64,000 nucleotides of DNA. It comes from an uncultured Thermoplasmata archaeon. Lineage in GTDB: Archaea > Thermoplasmatota > Thermoplasmata > Lutacidiplasmatales > UBA184. The notes under the pieces are model-generated. The model made no database searches and was not told where the DNA came from. It saw nothing but the letters and a program-made list of their open reading frames with translations. The position numbers and the translations under genes were made by a program. Numbering within the stretch: position 1 is the stretch's first letter; every line of letters begins with the position of its first letter. The DNA is taken from contig CAVZDD010000005.1 in assembly GCA_963773945.1 (NCBI GenBank), positions 377,077 through 441,076 on the forward strand, in the 5' to 3' direction. Shown here piece after piece: positions 58,609 through 64,000 of the stretch.

Positions 58609-60840
58609 TCATACATTGAAGGTGACCTTCACTTCGACCGGTTCCTTGCCGACCGTCACCGTTCCGGCGGAATGGGACGTCGAATATCCGTGCACCCGCT
58701 TCACCGCGTAATCGTGCGACCCCTGGGCCACCCGTAGCTCAATTCGGGGACTGGTGGCGCTGACCGATACCCCGTCCACCGTGATCGACCACTCGGTTTT
58801 CTCGGGGAGCCCGATTTCAGTAAAGGCCACATTCTTCCGGCGTCGGGGTAGGAAGGCCAATAGCAGCGCGACCAGCAGGATAGCGACCAGGGCTCCGATG
58901 AGCGGATACTCCCACGACGGCGGCGTGTTCTGGGAACCGGGGACGGGGGTGACGGTCACGGTGGCGTGGGCCGTCGCGGTGACCGGGAGGAAGGCGCTGT
59001 CCGTCGCGGTTACACAGTAGGGAGTACTGGCGTCCAGCACCGGGGTCGTGTACACTTGGGCTGTGGCCAGCACCGTGCCCGTGCAGGTGCTTCCCGCGTA
59101 CCAAGCGTAGGTGTCCGCTCCCGTGCCCCCCGTGGGGTTGGCCGTCAGCTGCACGGTCTGCCCACTGCGGAGGGATGGGGCGGTCGGTGTGATCGTGACG
59201 GTCAACGGAACGGCGCTCACCGTCACCGTCGTGGTGGCCGTCGCCGTGACAGGAACGAAAGCGCTGTCGGTGGCCGCCACGCAGAACGCCGAAGCGGCGG
59301 TTAACGCGAGAGTCGTGTAAACTTGGGTCGTGGCGAGTACAGTGCCCGAGCACCCGCCCGCGAACCAGGCGAAGGTATCGGCCCCGGTTCCCCCCGAGGG
59401 ACTGGCGGTAAGTGCCACCGTCTGCCCACGGTCAATCGCGGGGGCATTCGGAGTGATGAGGACCACGAGCGGGAAGGCGCTCACCGTCACGGTGTCGGTG
59501 GCCATCGCGGTCGCGGGAACAGTCGAACTGTCCGTCACCACCACACAATACGTTGCGGTGAGCGTCAAGGCCGGAGTTGTGTACGCCTGGGTGGTGGCCA
59601 GTACGGGGCCCGAGCAAGTGCCCCCTGCGTACCAGGCATAGGTGTCCGCTCCGGTGCCTCCGGAGGGATTGGCCGTCAGCTGAATGGACTGTCCGCTGTC
59701 GATCGAGGGGGCATTCGGGGTGATCGTGACCGTCAGCGCCGGGTCGACCGCGATGGTGGCCACATTCGAGTACACCACCTGAGGGGTCGGCGAACTGCTG
59801 TCGGTGGCCCATACGCAGTAGTAGTCGGTCCCTGCCGAGAGCACGGGAGTCGTGTAGGATTGGCCCGTCGCACCGGGAATCAAGGTGCCCGAGCTGCATG
59901 TACTAGTGGAAGCGGCGTCGTACCATTGGTACGTGATGGGGGGGTTCCCGCCTGTCGCGGCCGTGGTCGAAAGTCCGATGGTCTGGCCCGCGTCAATGGT
60001 CGCGGTGGACGGGCTGACGACTCCGGACACCAGGGGCGAAGCCGCGGGCATCAACGCGACGGCGATCGCCGACCAGGACGCGCTCGTGAAGGTGCCCGAG
60101 AGCGAGATCGCTCCCGTGGTCGCATCGATCTCGTCTAACATGGCTCCGGAATCCAACTCCGCTCCAACGGTCGCCGCGTCGGTCACCCGCGAGTCTCCTC
60201 CGGTCGCCGCAATGGCGGTCGAGGCCCGCACCTCGACTCCGAGGATCACGAGGTCGTTCGCAACGGTGGTCGTCACCGTGGCGGTCGCGGTGGCGCCCGC
60301 CGCCGCCGAGCAGACCCCGGCGCCGGCGGTCTCGAAGGGAGCGGCGGCGGTCCCTTCCACATCGAGCGCGTGGATGGTGTAGAATTCGGCCGCCGGGTAG
60401 TTGACCGTGAAGGTGACGGACGTCTGGGCGGCGACGTCAGCCAGTCCGTAGATCGCCGTCACTCCGTGACCACTTCCGGCGATGCAGGGAGTGGACCCGA
60501 CAAGGGTGAGGTCGACGTCCCCTCCAGAGGTCACTTCTTCCACCAGAGAAGGCGCTCCGGCCGACGTGGTGTATTCGGTCACCACCACCACCAGTGTGTC
60601 TCCGGCGTCCACGTTCGCGATGGCACCCGTCGTGCAGGTGGTCAAGCCGTCGCACGCCACCGCTACGCTGCCCGCCGGCGTAACGAACGGGGAGAGGCCC
60701 ACTCCCGACTGACGTCCGGGCGTGCTCGCCTTCGAATGGGCGTCATTCAACTCGGGGAGAATCGCGACGGCCCCCAGGATCATCAGCGTACAGGCGAAGA
60801 GGGCAGGCAGCAGATGCGCTCGGCGTCCTTCGTGGTTCAT
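58609..60840 (-). CDS. large cell-surface protein with >=4 Ig-like ~85-aa repeats and C-terminal TM anchor
   Basis: Repeats ITPNAPxIDxGQxxxLTAxPSGGTGADTYAWYAGG.C.G.VLATTQ.YTT...YCV..TDS. TM helix YPLIGALVAILLVALLLAFL near the C-terminus. Start set at the internal ATG 60840 (MNHEGRRAHLLPALFACTLMILGAVAIL). Confidence 0.7.
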   Translation of the reverse strand: MNHEGRRAHLLPALFACTLMILGAVAILPELNDAHSKASTPGRQSGVGLSPFVTPAGSVAVACDGLTTCTTGAIANVDAGDTLVVVVTEYTTSAGAPSLVEEVTSGGDVDLTLVGSTPCIAGSGHGVTAIYGLADVAAQTSVTFTVNYPAAEFYTIHALDVEGTAAAPFETAGAGVCSAAAGATATATVTTTVANDLVILGVEVRASTAIAATGGDSRVTDAATVGAELDSGAMLDEIDATTGAISLSGTFTSASWSAIAVALMPAASPLVSGVVSPSTATIDAGQTIGLSTTAATGGNPPITYQWYDAASTSTCSSGTLIPGATGQSYTTPVLSAGTDYYCVWATDSSSPTPQVVYSNVATIAVDPALTVTITPNAPSIDSGQSIQLTANPSGGTGADTYAWYAGGTCSGPVLATTQAYTTPALTLTATYCVVVTDSSTVPATAMATDTVTVSAFPLVVLITPNAPAIDRGQTVALTASPSGGTGADTFAWFAGGCSGTVLATTQVYTTLALTAASAFCVAATDSAFVPVTATATTTVTVSAVPLTVTITPTAPSLRSGQTVQLTANPTGGTGADTYAWYAGSTCTGTVLATAQVYTTPVLDASTPYCVTATDSAFLPVTATAHATVTVTPVPGSQNTPPSWEYPLIGALVAILLVALLLAFLPRRRKNVAFTEIGLPEKTEWSITVDGVSVSATSPRIELRVAQGSHDYAVKRVHGYSTSHSAGTVTVGKEPVEVKVTFNV

Positions 60841-60871
60841 GGGCTCTGGCGGCCAGCCAGAGGCCGACCCT

Positions 60872-60903
60872 GTAGTTATACGACCGAAAAATCTATAAAA
60901 GGC
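60872..60903 (-). promoter_or_regulatory. strong TATA-type promoter for the surface-protein gene
   Basis: The minus strand reads CCTTTTATAGATTTTT...TATAACTA 35-62 nt upstream of the ATG. It is the most AT-rich patch in the window. Confidence 0.5.
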
Positions 60904-61100
60904 TCGGTCAGCGAGTCGCTCCAACTCGCCGCTGTTGCCGAGGTTTCCCGCCGTCGGCGATGTAGCACGCTTCTCTGAATCAGGGCTCGGCCGGCCCGCC
61001 GCAGTGACTTGCCGCTCCCGGGGGGACTACTGTGGGCCACCTCTGAGAGATCCGGTGCAGGTGCACTCAGGGTTGCACCTCCAGCACGCCCCTCCCCCGA

Positions 61101-62999
61101 TCAGTCGACGTAGTCCTGGTTGTACTCGAATTGGAACGGATTGGCCGCCCCCTCGGGGTTCGAGCTGATCCCATGGAGCAGGACGTTGTAGACCTCGAAC
61201 TGGGTCGGAATGACGAGCCAGACGTTCGTGTAGTTGTCGTACATCAGCTGGGTCATCTGGGCGTAGTCCTGGCTGGCGATCGTCGTGTTCAGCTCCCCCG
61301 CACCGGCGACGACGAGGTTGTCCATGGAGGCGTTTGCATACTCGCTCATGCAGACGTTGAATCCTCCGTAGCTGAGTGCATTGGCCTGCGTGGCATCGTC
61401 GGGGGCGATGTAGTCCGCGGTGTAGTAGTCGATGCCGGCGTAGAACGGCCCCCCGTCGTACGATTCCGCCGAGATGCAATTGCCGGTCGACAGGTCGCGG
61501 GCCTGCTCCTCGACGAGGGCGTCCGGCGTGATGCCGGTGAGGTCCAGGGTGATCCCGATGTGGGAGAGGTCGGCCTTCAGCAGCGCGGCGACGACGCCCC
61601 AGTCGCCTGTATCGATGTAATCGAAGCCCAGCGGGCCGCAGCCCGTCGCACACGGGGAGTTCGCGATGAACTGCTTCGCCAGGGTCAGGTTATACGTGTA
61701 CGGGACGAGTCCGACCGGGTTGTAATCCGGATACCCCGGCGGCACGGGTCCCACCCAGCGGGTCGCATTCCCGCCGAAGCCGACCTGGATGATTTGGGAG
61801 TAGTTGATGGCATGAGAGACCGCCGCGCGTACGGACCAGTTGGCGAACGGGTTCATCGGTTCGCCCGGCAGCGCAGGTTGCTGGTCCATGTAGATCCAGC
61901 TCGAGAAGGTGGTCGACCCGTAGACCACGGGAAGCGTCTGGACGGTCAGGCAGTGCTCGTGGCTGAGCTGGGAAATCGTGGACGGCCCGATGAACGCGAA
62001 CGAGGCGGTGGCCGCGGAGCCGGTTTCGAGGTTGGAGGTAATGATTGCCGGGTTTCCCTGGAACGCCACGTCAATCCCCGTTATCGCGGGCTGCAGGTTG
62101 TTGTCCCACGGCATGGCCGCCGCCTCCGCCGTCGCCCAGTAGTTCCGGTTCGGCGCGAGGCTGTATCCGGTGCCCGGGGACCAGAAGGTCAGGTTGTAGG
62201 GCCCGCTGCCCACCATGTCGTTGGACATCCAGGAGTTCTCCTGGTCGGGTACCACGCCCCCGTGCGCCGCGACCACTAAGGGATCGACCGCGGCGAAGAT
62301 CGGCATCGCCATTTGGTCGAGTAGGAAAGCATACGGGATCGGTCCGAGGTAGCCAAATCCGGTGTTGACCTGGATCACGGAGCCATTGATGACGCGGAAG
62401 GATTGGTTCTGGGAGTCCATGTAGGCCAGGACCTCCGGCGCAGGGTTTGTGACGTTGGCGAGGGTGTTGAACGTGCTGACCATCTGAGCGAGCGTGGCGT
62501 TGGAGGCTTGGATCGCGGCTAGCGGCGAGTAGTAGCTGACGTTCGGGGCGTAGAAATTCTCCTGCGCCAGAATGGCGATGGCCTGGTTCATCACGAGCGT
62601 GCGCTCGAGACTGTACCAAACGACGTAGGCGTTGATCGGGTCCCCGTTGGAGAAATACTCGTCGGGCCAGAGGGTGAAATTCCAGTGGAAGCCGTCCGGC
62701 GACTGGGTCCAGTTCTTGGCTAGGAGGGGTTCGTGATTGACATAGCTCGTGCCATTGTACATGACGAGGGTCTGGTAGACCTGCTGGGCCACCCCCCACC
62801 CGGGCGCGGTATAGACTTGAGCAGGGTCCAAGGAATCCGGCACTTCGGGCTGATCGACGACCAGCGGGTTCGTATTCGCCAGAGCACAGGTCGCCGCCTG
62901 TTGCGCGGACTTCGAGAGGGTGTAGTACGCCGATCCCGACGCCGCGACGGTAAGTACCGCGACAAGGATCGCGGTGATTCGAAGGCCCCGTGGATTCAC
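61101..62999 (-). CDS. ABC transporter substrate-binding protein, family 5 (peptide/nickel/oligosaccharide type), N-terminal anchor
   Basis: 632 aa, TM anchor then SBP_bac_5-like fold. Many N-x-S/T sequons. Confidence 0.8.
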   Translation of the reverse strand: MNPRGLRITAILVAVLTVAASGSAYYTLSKSAQQAATCALANTNPLVVDQPEVPDSLDPAQVYTAPGWGVAQQVYQTLVMYNGTSYVNHEPLLAKNWTQSPDGFHWNFTLWPDEYFSNGDPINAYVVWYSLERTLVMNQAIAILAQENFYAPNVSYYSPLAAIQASNATLAQMVSTFNTLANVTNPAPEVLAYMDSQNQSFRVINGSVIQVNTGFGYLGPIPYAFLLDQMAMPIFAAVDPLVVAAHGGVVPDQENSWMSNDMVGSGPYNLTFWSPGTGYSLAPNRNYWATAEAAAMPWDNNLQPAITGIDVAFQGNPAIITSNLETGSAATASFAFIGPSTISQLSHEHCLTVQTLPVVYGSTTFSSWIYMDQQPALPGEPMNPFANWSVRAAVSHAINYSQIIQVGFGGNATRWVGPVPPGYPDYNPVGLVPYTYNLTLAKQFIANSPCATGCGPLGFDYIDTGDWGVVAALLKADLSHIGITLDLTGITPDALVEEQARDLSTGNCISAESYDGGPFYAGIDYYTADYIAPDDATQANALSYGGFNVCMSEYANASMDNLVVAGAGELNTTIASQDYAQMTQLMYDNYTNVWLVIPTQFEVYNVLLHGISSNPEGAANPFQFEYNQDYVD

Positions 63000-63091
63000 G
63001 GCTTCGCCCCAGCCACCACCCCGAGCACGCCCTATCCTAAAGAGTTCACCGAGTCACGTTTTCGGCCTACGAGGCGGGCCCCGGCTCTTGT

Positions 63092-64000
63092 CTAAGAATC
63101 CCGGGAGCTCGCGCTCTCGCCCATGGGAAGTTGTTGGGTGATGCAGTGGACATCACCTCCCCCGATAGCGATGTCCTCGCAACGTACTCCCACCACCTCG
63201 CGCCCCGGGAACAGCGACCGAAGACAGTCGAGGGCCTCAGCATCCGCGGGGTCCCCGAATGTCGGTGCCACGATCCCTCCGTTGGCGATGTAGAAGTTCA
63301 TGAACGTGGCCGAAAGCAGGTGACCGTCGATCCGATGAGGCGCCGGCGATGGGAAGTCAATCACTTCGATCGGACGGCCGCGACCGTCGGTTTCGGACTG
63401 GAGCCGCTCCCGGTTCTCTCGGAAGGGCTGGTGGTTCGGGTCGGAAGGGTCAGGTGCCGATGCTACCAGTATGGCACCGGGACGCACGAAGGCCGCGACA
63501 CCGTCCACGTGACCGTCGATCTGAGTGGCGTGCATCCCCCGGCGCAGCCAGATGACTTTCCGGACGCCGAGGTAGGACTTGAGCGCGGATTCCACTTCGG
63601 CTTTGGTCCGACCCGGGTTCCGGTTGGGGTTGAGCAAGCACGATTCCGTAGTCACCACGGTCCCTTCCCCGTCCACGGCCAGGGCTCCCCCCTCGGCGAC
63701 TATGGGGGCCCGGTAGAGGGGCAACGAGAGGCGCTGGGCGATTACCTCCGGCGCGGTGGCGTCCTTGTCGTACGGGGGATACCGCCCGCCCCACCCGTTG
63801 AATTGGAGTTTCAATGCCGCCAGGCGGCCGTCCCCCGACTTCAGAAAAATGGGACCGTTGTCCCGTATCCAGCTATCGTCGAGGTCCGTGGGCTGGATCT
63901 CGATCTCCTTCCCGAGTTGGCGCCGGGCTCCTGCTACGGCGTCCGGCGGGACGAGCATGATAACGGGCTCGAAGCGTTGGATCGCATGGGCGACGTGGGC
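63092..64000 (-). CDS. agmatine deiminase / porphyromonas-type peptidyl-arginine deiminase family (5' end beyond window)
   Basis: DGHVDGVAAFV, TDGRGRPIEVI and the C-terminal catalytic GGGDVHCITQQ. The frame is open upstream of the listed ATG to the window edge. Confidence 0.8.
   Translation of the reverse strand, partial: AHVAHAIQRFEPVIMLVPPDAVAGARRQLGKEIEIQPTDLDDSWIRDNGPIFLKSGDGRLAALKLQFNGWGGRYPPYDKDATAPEVIAQRLSLPLYRAPIVAEGGALAVDGEGTVVTTESCLLNPNRNPGRTKAEVESALKSYLGVRKVIWLRRGMHATQIDGHVDGVAAFVRPGAILVASAPDPSDPNHQPFRENRERLQSETDGRGRPIEVIDFPSPAPHRIDGHLLSATFMNFYIANGGIVAPTFGDPADAEALDCLRSLFPGREVVGVRCEDIAIGGGDVHCITQQLPMGESASSRDS

Overview
This 64 kb window is high-GC DNA (roughly two-thirds GC by eye). 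It is densely coding on both strands and looks archaeal, most likely euryarchaeal. The evidence is a Trm1 tRNA methyltransferase at the left edge, an intron-containing tRNA-Trp(CCA) whose anticodon loop and T-arm are of the type known from euryarchaeal tRNA-Trp, classical TTTATA boxes about 25-35 nt upstream of some strongly expressed genes, and a Dph6/DUF71-like PP-loop protein. Many ordinary metabolic and housekeeping genes are present. These include Lhr helicase, UvrB, thymidylate kinase, an iron/B12-type ABC importer, MFS, SDR, HpcH aldolase, a PLP decarboxylase, M29 aminopeptidase, a family-5 ABC binding protein and agmatine deiminase. They are interleaved with accessory content. That content includes an IS630-family element with inverted repeats, a VapBC pair, two paralogous class-III adenylate-cyclase/TPR sensor genes (one frameshifted), a standalone cyclic-nucleotide-binding-domain protein, and two DUF4760-like paralogs. 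There is also a gene carrying about 9.5 near-identical 87-bp tandem repeats, and large glycosylated surface proteins. The ORF track is noisy because of GC richness, with many long antisense ORFs. I used internal starts where the protein sequence indicated them, since the track counts GTG as M. Three points seem most notable. First, a recurrent palindromic element, TGCAA(T/C)-N4-(A/G)TTGCA, sits in at least a dozen intergenic regions between 33 and 61 kb, often paired with a CTTAATCTAA(C)G box. It has the architecture of a dimeric transcription-factor site of the CRP/FNR type and links the cyclase genes, the cNMP-binding gene and about ten small accessory genes. Second, a roughly 2.4 kb lower-GC islet lies immediately 3' of tRNA-Trp and is bounded by a 12-bp direct repeat of the tRNA 3' end, which suggests a degraded integrated element. 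Third, three different PP-loop ATPases (LarE-like, AsnB-C-domain-like, Dph6/DUF71-like) and a signal-less BtuF-like binding protein are wedged next to an iron/cobalamin-type ABC importer, whose ATPase carries an unexplained 190-aa C-terminal domain.
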